DNA from: Camelus dromedarius
Lineage: Eukaryota
Reading direction: 5' to 3'
Assembly: GCF_036321535.1 (NCBI RefSeq)
Contig: NC_087437.1
Span: 81,408,001-81,472,000, forward strand
Length of the DNA stretch: 64,000 nt
Shown here: piece by piece, positions 13,263-25,686 of the stretch
Position numbering within the stretch: position 1 is the stretch's first letter
How the letters are laid out: each line of letters starts with the position of its first letter
The notes under the pieces: model-generated
The model's input: the letters and a program-made list of their open reading frames with translations, nothing else
What the model was told of the DNA's origin: nothing
Databases searched by the model: none
Program-made: the position numbers and the translations under genes

Positions 13263-14244
13263 CTAAAAAAAACAATAAATAACAGAATAGTATATGAACT
13301 GGTTGATTAGTTTCTCCTTTGGGGTCTGTGGCCTTTAATTTCTTTACGTAACATCATTACTTCAAATACCACAGCTGAATAAATAGTCTTCGTAGTATCA
13401 CCAAAAAACATATATATTGAGAATCTACACAAGTTATACAATGCTTACTAGATGTTATGCATACCAAAAAACTATGTTTGAAAGACACAACACCTTGCCC
13501 AAGGAGATCAGAATCCACTGAAGGAAAAAGAAGACTATATAGATGATATAGATAAGACTAGACAGATGGATGGATGGATGGATAGATAGATAGGTAGATA
13601 GACAGATACCAACCAAGTCAACATGCAGATTTCTAAGCGCTGTAAGAACACAGAAGAGGGGTGAGAGGACAGAGGTAACCTATTCAGGGAAGTCTTTCCA
13701 GAAGAGGTGGCATCTACATCAGATTTTTAGACTAAATCTAGAAAAGCCAGATAAAGTGGGTGGCTCCAAGTAGGCAGGATGCCAAGAGCAAAAACACAAA
13801 AACACAGAAAGTTCTAATGTGTCCAAGGAGCAGAGAAAAGTTGAACACATCAGAGCACTGGTTCTACATGGAGCAACAGCAGGTCAGTCATAACCTGGAT
13901 TGTGAACAGCTTTATAAACCAAGCCAGAAAAATGTAATCCTGCAGGAGCCTAGAGAGAACTTAAAACAAGGGAGTAACATAACAAGGGATGATTTTAAGG
14001 AAGATTTCAAAAGTAATACGGGCTTTTGGGACAGAGGTTAGGAGGCAAAGAACACCAGCTAAATGAGAACCTGATCTAAAACAGTAGCTCTAAGGAAATT
14101 AGGTGTCAGGCGATTCAGGAAGCCCACCTGAGACAGGACTGCTTGGTGCTAGTGACTAGATATTTTGAGTTGGAGACACTGGGGACTCTAAATTGGAAGA
14201 CAGGGTGGATGGTGAACAAATTAACTAAGCTTAAAAATATAGGA

Positions 14245-16165
14245 GGCAGAGTTTCAGTTCCAATAATAATGGAGTATATTGTATCATATTAACCCTCCCA
14301 CAGATAACAATTTTAAACTCTGGACAAATATAAAAAAAATAACTACTTGAGGGCACTGGGACAGCAATAAAAAGCAAACAGAAAGTGAAGGCTATTCCAA
14401 GTTTACACAGTCTTTCTAATAAGGGCACTACCCAGCCTGTATAGCAGGAGTGGCTGAAACTGGCAGAAAGCCACAGTCTTAACAGGTCGAGGTACGACAG
14501 GAGACTGTTTAGGGCCACCACACAATTGATGCTGATAGGAAATATCCCAGAATGGAGGGAGCCATATAGAGGGGAGGCCAAATTCTGTGTGTAAATTCCC
14601 ATCAAATCTGGAGAGGAAAAAAAAGCATTAAAAAATAAATAAACAGAGCTTCTGGGACACGTGGGTCACTATCAAGCAGCCTAACCTATAAGCAAATTGA
14701 GCTCTAGAAAGGGAGAAGAGAAGGAATAGGGCAGATAAAATATCTGAAGAAATAATGGTCAAAGCTTCTCAGACTTGGTTAAGAACTTTAACTAACAGAT
14801 CCAAGAAGCTCAGCAAAGCACAGACAATAAACACAGGGACAACTGCACTTAGACACATCATGGTCAGACTCATAAATCTCAAACGTAAGGAGAAAATCCT
14901 AAAAGCAACCAGCTCCCGGCCCAGACAGTTTAACTGATGAACCAGGGAAGAAATACTACCAATCTTTTAAAAACTCTTTCAGAAAACAGAGAAAGGGAGA
15001 AACTTTCCAAATGATTTCACAGTGCCAAGGTAACCCTGATACCACACTCTGACAAAAACATTACAAGAAAAGAAAATTACAGACCAATAAACCTCATATA
15101 CACAGATGCAAAAATATTTTTGAAATAGTAGCAAATCAAATCCAGCAATATACAATACTGACAATTCATCATGACCAAGTGAGATTTATCCCAGGATCAC
15201 AAAGTAGGTTTAACAATAGAAAGTCAATTCATTTAATTCATCATATGACAGAATAAAGGGTAAAGACCATATGATCATTTCAATAATCATAAATTCAAAA
15301 AACATTTCAATAAAGGGGGGCAAACATCACCTGCTGTATTTTTTAAACTCTCAGCAAACAAGGAACAAAAGGGACATAAAAATCATCTATAAGGAATCTA
15401 CCACTAACATCATACTTAATAGTGTACTATTGAATGCTTTCCCCCATTGAGACTGACAGAGAAGAGTTTAATATAACTGCTGTAACCAAATTTATGGTTA
15501 CCAAAGGGGAACATGGGGTTGGGGATAAATTGGGAGTTTGGCATTAGCAGATACAAACTACTATATAAAAAATAGATAAACAGCAAGATCCTACTGTCTA
15601 GCACAGTGAACTATATTCAATAGCTTGTAATAACCTGTAATGAAAAAGGACATATATGCATATTAACTGAATCACTATGCTGTACTTCTGAAACTAACAT
15701 AACATTGTAAATCAACTATACTTCAATAAATATATATATATGAATAAAAACAAGGAAAAAATAACTGCTATAACCACTTTTATTCAACATTGTACTGAAG
15801 ATGCTCACCAGTGCTATAGGCAAGAAAGAGAAATAAAGAGCATAAAGTTAAAAAAGGAAGAAATAGAACTATCTTTTATTGCAGATGACAACATCAAATA
15901 CATAGAAAACCTTAGGTGTCTCCAAAAAGCTACTAGAATTAATAAATAAATTTAGTAAGGCTGCATGATACAAAATAAACAAAATTATATTCATTTCCAC
16001 ACACCAGCATTAAAAAATGGAAAATAAAATTGCTCAATCATTTCCATTTAAATTAGCTTAAAAGTCATAAAATTTTTGGAAATAAATTTAACAAAATATG
16101 TGCAAGATCTCATTACTGATAGAAATTTTTAAAAGCTCTAATTAGTGGAAATATATACCATGTAC
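14245..16165 (+). mobile_element. Old L1M fragments (5' region/ORF1 and ORF2), antisense to ADGRG7
   Basis: Decayed ORF1 (gatccaagaagctcagcaa) and ORF2 (accctgatacca..gacaaaaacattacaagaaaagaaaattacagaccaata) similarity. Confidence 0.75.
15489..15760 (+). mobile_element. Young L1 3' UTR fragment nested in an older L1
   Basis: TSD ataactgct(g/a)taacca at 15473-15488 and 15761-15776. Confidence 0.8.
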
Positions 16166-16169
16166 ATAT

Positions 16170-19100
16170 GAAAGTCTCAAATAAAAATTGAGGGAGTTTG
16201 TCACCAGTAGATCTGCCTTGTAAGAATTGTTAAAGGAAGTTATTCAGAAAGAAGGAAATGATATAGGTCAGAAACTTGGATTTACATAAGAAAAGAAGAG
16301 CACTAGCGAAGGAATAAATGAAGGTAAAATAAAATCTTATAGTTTTTTTACTCTTAATTTATCTAACAGATAACAATGTGTTCAAAATAATAGTAGCAAT
16401 GATGTATGAGAAAATTATAGCTTGCAGATAAATGAAATGAACCACCAAAAAATGTTACAAAGAAAGAGAAGGAGGAATTGGGAATACCCTGTTACAAGGT
16501 ACTGGCATTACTCATTAGGTCATATGTTGTTATTAGAAAGTGAACTCAGATTAATTGTAAATGTACACTGACTTCAAATTCTAGGGCAAACACTAAATTC
16601 TTTTAAGAATAAATGGTATTACGAAAGGAGAGAAATGGAATCATATAAAATGCTCAATTAAAACTATAAAAGGCAGAAAAAGATAATGGCAATGGAAGAA
16701 ACAAAGAAAAGAACAATTAAAACAGTTACAAATATGGTAGTTATTAATTCAATATATCAATAACCACTTTAAATGGAAATGATAGAAATATACCAATTAT
16801 AAGACATAGACTATAAGGTCAGATAAAAAATAAGACCCAACTATATATTGTCTATAAGAAGCCCACTTTAAATGAAAAGAAACTAATAGATTAAAAGTAA
16901 AGTTATGGAGAAAGATGTATCATACCAATACTAACCAAGAGAAAGTTGGAGAAACTATGTTAATTTCAGACAAAGCAGACTTTTTTAACTGAAGTACAGT
17001 CAATTACAATGTGTCGATTTCTGGTGTACAGCACAATGTCTCAGTCATGCATATACATACATATATTCGTTTTCATATTCAAAGCAGACATTAGAGCAAG
17101 GAAAATTATGAAGAATAAAAAGGAACATTATATAATATTAAAGGGGCCAATTCTCCAAGAAGAACTAACCATCCTTACTATGTATGTGTCTAACAATAGA
17201 GTGTCAAAATAAGTGAGGCAAAAACTGATAGAACTGCAAGAAAAAATAGACAAGTCTTCTACTGTAGTTGGAGACTTAAACACCCCTCTATTAATAACTG
17301 ACAGATTGAGCAACCAGAAAATTAGTAAGGATGTAGTTGAACTGAACAGCACCATGAATCAACTACATCTAATTGACATTTGTAGTACATTTCACCCAAA
17401 GGTATCATAATACACATTCTTCTCAAGCTCACATGGAGTATTTACCAAGATAAACTACATTCTGGGCCATAAAATACATCTTCACAAACGTAAAATGACA
17501 GAAATCATACAAAGTATTCTCTCTAACCAAAATGAAATTAAAGTAGAAATCAATAACAGAAAGATAACTGGATTATCTCCAAGTATCTGTAGATTAAACA
17601 ATACACTTCTAAATGACATGTGGGTTAAAGACGTCTCAAGAGAAATTTTAAAATATTTTTTATTAAATGAAAATTAAAGTGAGATACAGTGAAAGAAATG
17701 CTTAAAGGGAAATTCATAGCATTCAATGCATGAATTAGGAAAGAGGAAAGGTCACAACATTGTAAAATGACTGTAACTCAATAAAAAATGTTAAAAAAGA
17801 AAAGAAGAAAGATCTAAGATAAACCATCTAAGGTTCCACCTTAGGAAACTAGAAAGAAGATCAAATTAAGTCTGAAGGAAAAGTAAGAATACAAATAATC
17901 TTTTAAAATCAGGGCAGAAATCAATGAAGTTGGAAAGACAAAATTAATAGAGAAAAGTAATGGAACTAAAAGCTAGTTACTTGAAAAGACCACTAAAATT
18001 GATATATCTCTAGCCAGTCTAACCATGAAAAAGAGAGAAGGCACAAATTGCTAATATTATATATGAAAGAAGGGTCATCACTACTGATCCCATGAAAAGA
18101 ATAATAAAGGAATATTGTTAATAGGCATATGCCCACAAATTTGATCACCTGTATGAAATGGACCAATTTCTTTAAGGACACAATCTACCAAACTCATACA
18201 AGGAGAAAAATGTCATCTGAATAGGTTTATATTGATAAAGAAACCAACTCAATAATTAATAACCTTTCAAAACAGAAAGCACTAGGTCCAGATGGGTTCG
18301 TTGGTGAATTCTATCAAACATTTAAGAAAGAAATGATATCAATCTTGTACCCTCTTCCAGAAAACAGAAGCAGAAGTAGCACTTCCTAGCTCATTTTATG
18401 AGGCTGGCATTACTCTAATACCAAAATCAGACAAAGCCATTACAAGAAAGGAAAATTATATATCAATATCTCTCATGAATATAAATGCAAAAATCCTCAA
18501 AATACATGCAAAATTTATCAACTTGAATCCAACAGTGTATACAAAGAATTATACACCATGATGAATTGGGACTTATCCCAGTTATGCAAGTCTGTTTCAA
18601 CACTGGAAAATCAACTAATGTAATTCATTAGATCAACAGGCTAATGAAGAAAAAACCACATGATCATATCAATAGACACAGAAAAAGCCTTTAACAAAAT
18701 CCAACCCAAATTCATGATTAAAAAAAAAAGCCCCTTAGCAAAGAAGGGATATAGAGAAACCACATCAACTTGTTACAGAATATCTACATAAAACTTACAG
18801 CCAACCTCATATTAATGTTGAGAACTTAGATGCTTTCCTCTAAGATTGAGAACATGGCAAAAATGTCTCTTCTCACCACTCCTACTCAACATTATACTGC
18901 ATCAACTTATGCAATAAGGTACGAAAAACAAAAAGATACTCAGTTTGGGAGGGAAAAAAATTAAAGTCTTCATTCATGATTGTCTACGCAGAAAATCCCA
19001 AAGATTTTCACACACACACACACCAAAAAATAAAAACAAACACAAAAACAGCAACAACTCAAAAACCTCTTGGAACTAGTAAGTAAATATAGCATGATTT

Positions 19101-21180
19101 TGACATACATGATCAATATGCAAAAGTACACTGCTTCCCTATATACTAGCAATGAGCTACTGGATTTATATCTTAAAACACAGTACCATTTACATGAGCA
19201 CACACGAAAAAAAAAGAAAAGAAAAAGAAAGACATACATAAGTATAAATCTAACAGATATGTATATAATCTATATGAAGAAAATTACAAACTTCCAATAA
19301 AAGAAATCAAAGAAGCTCTACATAAATGGAGAGATATTCCATGCTCACAGATAGGAAGACTAACTATTGTTTAGATTATCAATTTTTCACAACTTGATCT
19401 ATAGATTCAATGCAATTCCAATCAAAATTCCAGCAAATGATTTTGTGGACAACAACAAAATGATTGTAAAGTTTATATGGACATGCAAAAGTTCCAGAAT
19501 AGCCAACACAATTAAAGAAGAACAAAGCTGAAGTTCTGACAATATGTGATTTCAAGACACCCTAAAAGCTATAGTAATCAACACAGTATGCTATTGGCAA
19601 AAGAAGAAACAAATAGATCAATAGAACAGAACAGTCTATAAACACACCACACAGATATGGTCAATTGATCTTTGACAAATGAGCAAGGGCAGTTCAATGG
19701 AGAAAGGACTGTCTTTTCAATAAACGTTGCTGGAAAAATTAGACAACTACATGTAAAAAAAGAAAGTCCAGATTCAGACTTACAGCTTTCACAAAAAAAC
19801 TCAAAGTGGGTCATAGATCTAAATGTAAAATGCAAAACTATCAAACTTCTAGAAGATAACACAGGAGAAAATCTAGGTGACCTTGGGTTTGATGATAACT
19901 TTTTAGATAGAACACCAAAAGCACAATTCATGAAGGAACTGATAGTTTGGACTTCATTAAAATGAAAAACTTCTGCTCTGCAAAAGACGTTGTTAAGAGA
20001 ATGTAAAGAGAAGCCACAGAATGAGAGAAAATCTTTCTAGAAAAAACATGTAGACAATTATTGCTTTCTTCCCCTTAGAAAATATGGACAGGTCTGTGAG
20101 GTAGTTCAAAAGATACCTTCTATGGCCCATTCTCTCAAATGTAAATAGGGAGAAAATATTTCTAAATCACATATCTGACAAAGGACTGGTATCCAAAATA
20201 CACAAAGAACTCTTAAAGACCCAACAATAAGAAAACACCAGCCCAATTAAAAAGTGGGCAAAGCATACGAACAGACATCTCTCCAAAGAAGATATACAAA
20301 TGGTAAATAAGCATATGAAAAGATGTTCAACATCACATGCCACTAGAGAATTGCAAATGTAATCAACAATGAGATAACATATTTTCTGATTCTAATTCCA
20401 TACTAAAATCCAAAACATTGTCAACACCAAATGCTGGCCAGGATGTGGAGCAACAGGAACTCTCATTCTTTGCTGATGGGAATGCAAAATGGCACAGGCA
20501 GTTTCTTACAAAGCAACACACAGTTCTACCATGCAATTCAGCAATTGTGCTCCCAAGTAACTACCCAAATAAATGAAAACAAAATGCTGAATGTGAATGT
20601 TTATAGCAGCTATATATACAATCACCAAAACCTAGAAGCAAACAAGATGTCCTTCAATAGGGGAATGGATTAAAAAAAAAAAAAAACAACCCTGTAGTGT
20701 ATCCATACAATGGAATATTATTGTCATAAAAAGAAATGTTACTATGATGCCCCCCAAAGATATAGATGAATCTTAAATACATTTAACTAAGCGAAATGAG
20801 CCAGTCAGAAAAGGTTAAATCCTATATGATTCCAGATGTTATTCTGGAAAAGGCAAATCTATAGAGATTGTAAAAACATCAGGGGTTGGAGAAGGGAGGA
20901 ATGACTATGTGACGCACAGTGGATTTTTAGGGCACTGAACTAGTCTGCATGATACTGTAACAGTGAATAAGACTGAATCCGATCAACTATTTAATTAATA
21001 AAAATGTATCAACATTGGTTCATCCTCGTAACAAAAGCAACACACTAATGCAAAATATTAATGGTGAGAGAAACTGGAGGGGGAGGAGTGATGAGAGAGG
21101 GAGTAACTAAGAACTCTGTACTTTCTGCTAATTTTTCTGTAAACCTAAACTGCTCTAAAAATAGTCTAACAGTTAAGAAA
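16170..21180 (+). mobile_element. Long L1MC-type LINE (ORF1 end, decayed ORF2, 3' UTR)
   Basis: Endonuclease remnant (KIDKSSTVVGDLNTPL), RT and C-terminal remnants, 3' end actctgtactttctgc..ttttctgtaaacctaaactgctctaaaa; many stops and frameshifts. Confidence 0.9.
16981..17079 (-). mobile_element. Short young L1 3' end inserted in the L1MC
   Basis: T tract plus L1 3' terminus; TSD caaagcagac at 16971-16980 and 17080-17089. Confidence 0.8.
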
Positions 21181-21859
21181 TATAAGATATGGATCCTGAT
21201 TTCAAAGAGCTTACAATCTAGCAAGAGAAATTTAATTGTAATTGCTATGTGACAGACTTTTCTATGTAACCAAAGAAATATGCAAATATTTTTAAATTAT
21301 AAGACTTCAAATGCACAAAGTACAGAAAACAATAAAACATCTCCAACTACCCAAAATCCAATTTTAATAGTAACTTTATCTCAGATTTGCTTCAGATTTT
21401 TTTAATGAGCAATAAAACTTTGCAAAAAGAGCTGAAATCCTTTGAATTCCTTTCTATACACAAATAATAATTTCTATTCATTTTCTCTAATCTTTCTTCT
21501 GCAAGCAAATGTGAATCTAGTCTTATTTTCTCCCTCTTTTCTGTAGCTTACCCTTGCACATAATGAATATCCAAAATCCTTTCAAAATCGTTCATAGAGA
21601 ACTTTCACATCTTCTTTTACAGCTGCATTATATTCCGTTGCATGACTGTGCCCTAATTTAACAAACTAACCTCTTATTGATGACACTTGTGTTGTTTTCA
21701 ATTGTTGCTTCAAAATTGCATTGTGTATTTTGCAAATGTACAAATTCATCTCTAGTATAAATTTCCAGAAATGTAATTTCTGAGCCAGAGAGCACACACT
21801 TGTCATTTTGCCCCACAGGGGTTATATTAATTTGTATTTTAACCAACAACACAGCCATA

Positions 21860-22490
21860 TGCGGGGACTGAGACAAAGTACAATGAAGACCTACATACCA
21901 TGTATATAATAAAGTAAGCAGGTTGGAGGGGGTAGAGCAGTGCTTAGCATGCAGAAGGTCCTGGGTTCAACCCCCTGTACCTCCAATAAATGAAAATACT
22001 TTTTAAAAAAATCAGGGACCCCCCTCCCCCGCCCCCCAAAAAAGAAAAACAAAAAAGTAAACGTAAAACTCGATTTTAATGCCACGATAAACATACCTTC
22101 GTCAGGACCTGGAAGTCCAGGTCTGAATTCAGAAATTGTGGATCCCTTGGAGCCCCACGTCAGAATGTGGCGAGCAGATCCGGGCTGCAGCTTCCCTCTC
22201 CGTCTTGGCCCGCACTTGGGGGACCTTGCGCTCACGCACGCCGACGCCCCAGCCCACACCCCCCAGCTCTTTTCACACCGCCTCTGAACAGGCCTGTGAA
22301 CAGCCACCCGTCGCGGTCAGGGAGGCACAGGCAGTGCGGCCGACCCCTTTGAGGATGACTGGGGAGACGCAGGCACAGACCTGGGAAGCCGAGCAGGGGT
22401 CTGAGGACCCGGATGGAAGAGCGTGGGCTGGCCTGGGAGGACCTGGGTGGGCGTGGCCGCCTGGCCTCACACTTCTCTGTGTCGTGGCCC
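21860..22490. mobile_element. GC/CpG-rich segment resembling an L1MC-family 3'-region fragment, interrupted by the SINE
   Basis: Phrases ctacataccat, ataccttcgtcaggacctggaagtccagg and ccccagcccacacc match the recalled GC-rich L1MC 3' segment; family call tentative. Confidence 0.45.
21921..21995 (+). mobile_element. Vic-1-like camelid tRNA-derived SINE (degenerate 5' end)
   Basis: ggtagagcagtgcttagcatgcagaaggtcctgggttcaaccccctgtacctcc plus A-rich tail; B box GGTTCAACCCC. Confidence 0.75.
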
Positions 22491-23754
22491 CTTTATTTTT
22501 ATGCATATGGTTTCAACATGCCTTTTTTTGTCTTGACGTATCTCGCCGTGAATTTATCTATTTAAATTCATCTTCTCAAAAAACTAGCCTTTGGTTTTGT
22601 TGACCTCTGCTCTTGTTTCCTGGATTTATATCGCAATTGATTTAGTCTTATTTTCATTACTGCCAAACATTTATGTTCATGACTGCAAAACATACTTCCT
22701 TCAAACTGGCTCTTTTTTTAACTTTTTAAGTTAGAATGCTTAGATCACTAATTTTCATTCTGTTGGGCTTTTTAATATATACCTAACATCATAAATCTCA
22801 TTCTAACTATATTTTTAGCTATGCCCAGAAGTCGTGATATAGAGAGCTTCCACTGGCTTTTTAAAATTTTTTTAAATTCTCAGCTATTGCCTCATTTTTC
22901 TTTTTTTTTTTTTTTTACTTTCATCTTTTGACTTTTTAAGTATTTTGTAATTTTTTTTTTGAATTATTTAAAATGTTTTTTTTTTCTACATGTACTGGAA
23001 TTTTCTTGGCTTTTTATTCAGTGCATTCTTATTGTATCGTATTGTAGTCAGAGAACATCATCTCTGGAACTGGTTCTTTGGGACTCACCAAGACTTTCTT
23101 CTGAAAATAATATATATTCACCATTGATTGTGGCAATTCAAATATACAAATCCACTAATAGTATCCAGTTCGTTAGATACGTTTTTCAAGTTTCTGAATC
23201 CTTATTGATTTTCTCTGCTTGATCTATCAGTTTCTCACAGGAAAGCATTAGACTCAAGTTCCCCAATTGTAAATTTGTGTATTTATCTGTATAATTTTGC
23301 CATTTTGCTTTATATATTTTGAGTCTGTGTTTATGTGATGCATATAGGCACAGAATCATTGATCCTTCCTGTGTTGGATTACTTCTTCTGTCTCTGAGTA
23401 GTAAAACTTTTATTCTTCATAATATTTTTTGTCTTAGAGTCTATTTTTTCTGATATTAATATTGCTAACCCAGCTTTCTTTTGGGTTGGACAGTATTTGC
23501 CTAGGGTTGATTTTATCATCATTTTCTATTCACCTTTTATGTGTCTTTAAATGTTCACTGTCTCATAAACAGCACAAGCTACATGTTGGTTGGCTTCAAT
23601 GACATCTATGACAATATCTTTGCTTAAACAGGTGAGTTTAAAGTACCTAAATTTATTGTGTTTGTTATTTTTATCTTATTTTTCCACCCATCCCCGCTCA
23701 CTTTTCTGCTTTCAGTGGTATTATTTATTTTCTCTATTTCATTGTTTTCTAGTA

Positions 23755-23916
23755 CAGATGTTCCTCAGTATCAGCAGGGGATTGACTGGTTTCAGGACCC
23801 TCATGAACACAAAATCCACGAACGCTCAAAGTTACTTTATATATATAAAGTGACATAGTATGTTCAGACCTCCCTTTATCTGTGGATGCAAACCTGCAGA
23901 TATGGAGGGCCAGCTG
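23755..23916. mobile_element. MER2/Tigger-type non-autonomous DNA transposon
   Basis: TA|cagatgttcctcagtatc..gatatggagggccagctg|TA: terminal inverted repeats and TA target duplication. Confidence 0.75.
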
Positions 23917-24288
23917 TATTTTAGTAACCACCTAGTTTTTAAATCCCCTGTAATACTAGTCTTTTAAGATATAGAAAACAATCAATGGTTATTTAGATCT
24001 AGCAAAAAGTTGTCAGTTTCTTCGCTTGCCATGATGGATTTGTTCCTTCTAGGTTCAATTTCTTGCTTTCTGAAGCAGATGATTTCATCATTCTTTCAGT
24101 TAGGGTCTGTGAATGATAGATTCCCCAAAGTTTACCTGAAAATGCTTTTATTTTACCCTTACCCTTGATTGTCAGTCTCATAAGGTATGGGATTCTGGGT
24201 TGGCGTCACTTTGAGAATATTATCCCACTGTTTTCTATAATTTGTTGTTGCTGATTAATTTTTCTTGTCTAATTGTTATTCATTTTTT

Positions 24289-25686
24289 TCATTTTTAAAT
24301 CACTTTACTGTTTATGCGATAGTCACATTTGAATTGGCAGAACTGTTCCCAAGACAGACAGGACAGGGACCTGTCATTCCAGGAAGAAATAAGTGAAGGT
24401 TTTCATAAAGCTTGAGAAGTACCATAGTAACTAACACAAGGATAGCTGCAGCAATCTCAGATAACACTGCCAGGGTGAGCAACTGGGTAGGAATAAGGCC
24501 TGGGACCACTGCTGTTTCCTAAGGGGAATTTCTCTTTTTTTTTTTTTTAATTGAAATACAGTCAGTTCTAAGGGGAATTTCTTAATATGCTTAGTAAGAA
24601 GATCACTTGTAACACACATATAAATGGAGTAGAGTGACACTTCTGCAGAATAAATTCTACAAGTTCCTGGGCAGGTTCTCCAAATCTCACTAGTTGCTGA
24701 ATAATGATTCTGCAAAGATAAACCCATAAACAGATATTCAGGGAAATTTTACAACCAGTGAAATTCTTAAGCCACACATACCAAACCTACATACTGTGAA
24801 TTAAAATGGTGCTGTGTTAGGGCTTCTGAAAGAACCACAGTTGGAAAGCTTATTCAAATAGTAGATCCTCATCCTTCTCTTCAGCCAGAAGATTAGCAGG
24901 CTCCATCACTCTCCAGCTGCCCTCCGTTGCTCCAAGCCCTTCTCAGACTTTTCCTTGAGAATCTTTTCCTTCTCTTGTATTTTCTTTAACCTGTAGAACT
25001 CTTCTCACTCTCTCCCATCCAGCTTTGTGATGATATAAGCAAGGGTATGTTCAGTCCGGGGAATGATGACATGGTCAATGGCATTTACACACCTGCTGGT
25101 TATCTTAATAGCTTCATCCATAGTAATAAAGGATGTCTGTTGCAAAGATAGTTCCACCAGTAGATCCACTTCTTTGGCATAATTCCTCTTCAATTTATCC
25201 AACTGTGTGCCACCTCTGGCTAAACCAGTCAGTTCATAACTGCCAAGTCCTTCATGGTAATGTTCAAATACAGGCAAAGTAACAATGCTACATTTTCTTT
25301 CTTTGCTCTAATCTTCACTTGGGCTTTATTTACATGTTGGATAACTGTGATGCTGAAGTCTCCTACTGTGAACTTGGCTTCAGCAAGGGAAAAGACAGCT
25401 TCTATCATCACTGCACCCAGCAACATTTGAGTCTCTGTTATCTTCTTAAGGATCTGTCAAAATCGAAGAGCTAACACATCAGATTTTATCTTCAGGGGGT
25501 TTCGACCTGTCTGTCTCCTTTTAACTGATCTTTCACAATAGTCTGGGCCATTCGCCTGGGAAAGATTTCAGTTTCAGTCTTTGCTCAACATTCTGACGAT
25601 GACTGTTCGGCTCAGGTCCTCACTGGGCAATCGTGGCTGCAGCAACCCCAGCCACAGAGTCTTTCTTTACCAGAATCAGCTGGTTG
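24289..25686 (-). pseudogene. ATP6V1D: Processed pseudogene of V-ATPase V1 subunit D (ATP6V1D), with 5' and 3' UTR
   Basis: Intronless CDS remnant 25591 (ATG) to 24850 (TAA), e.g. EAKFTVGDFSITVIQHVNKAQVKIRAKKENVA, YELTGLARGG, EEKDEDLLFE*. CGA>TGA stops at 25576-25574, 25459-25457 and 25007-25005, plus frameshifts. A 23-bp TSD at 24266-24288 and 25687-25709 sits at a TT/AAAA L1 endonuclease site. Confidence 0.95.
24534..24567 (-). mobile_element. 34-bp L1 3'-terminal insertion inside the retrocopy 3' UTR
   Basis: Minus strand reads aactgactgtatttcaatt plus A14; perfect TSD ctaaggggaatttct at 24519-24533 and 24568-24582. Confidence 0.85.

Noticed and set aside
16170..21180. Potentially active L1 reverse transcriptase
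   Set aside because: ORF2 is broken into pieces under 100 aa by stops, frameshifts and nested insertions.
21891..22603. Overlapping 138-aa and 155-aa ORFs
   Set aside because: Open frames are expected in GC-rich, stop-poor sequence; they cross a SINE and a probable L1 fragment.
25005..25426. Functional ATP6V1D retrogene from the 65-aa and 90-aa ORFs
   Set aside because: Stop at codon 6, two more CGA>TGA stops and several frameshifts.
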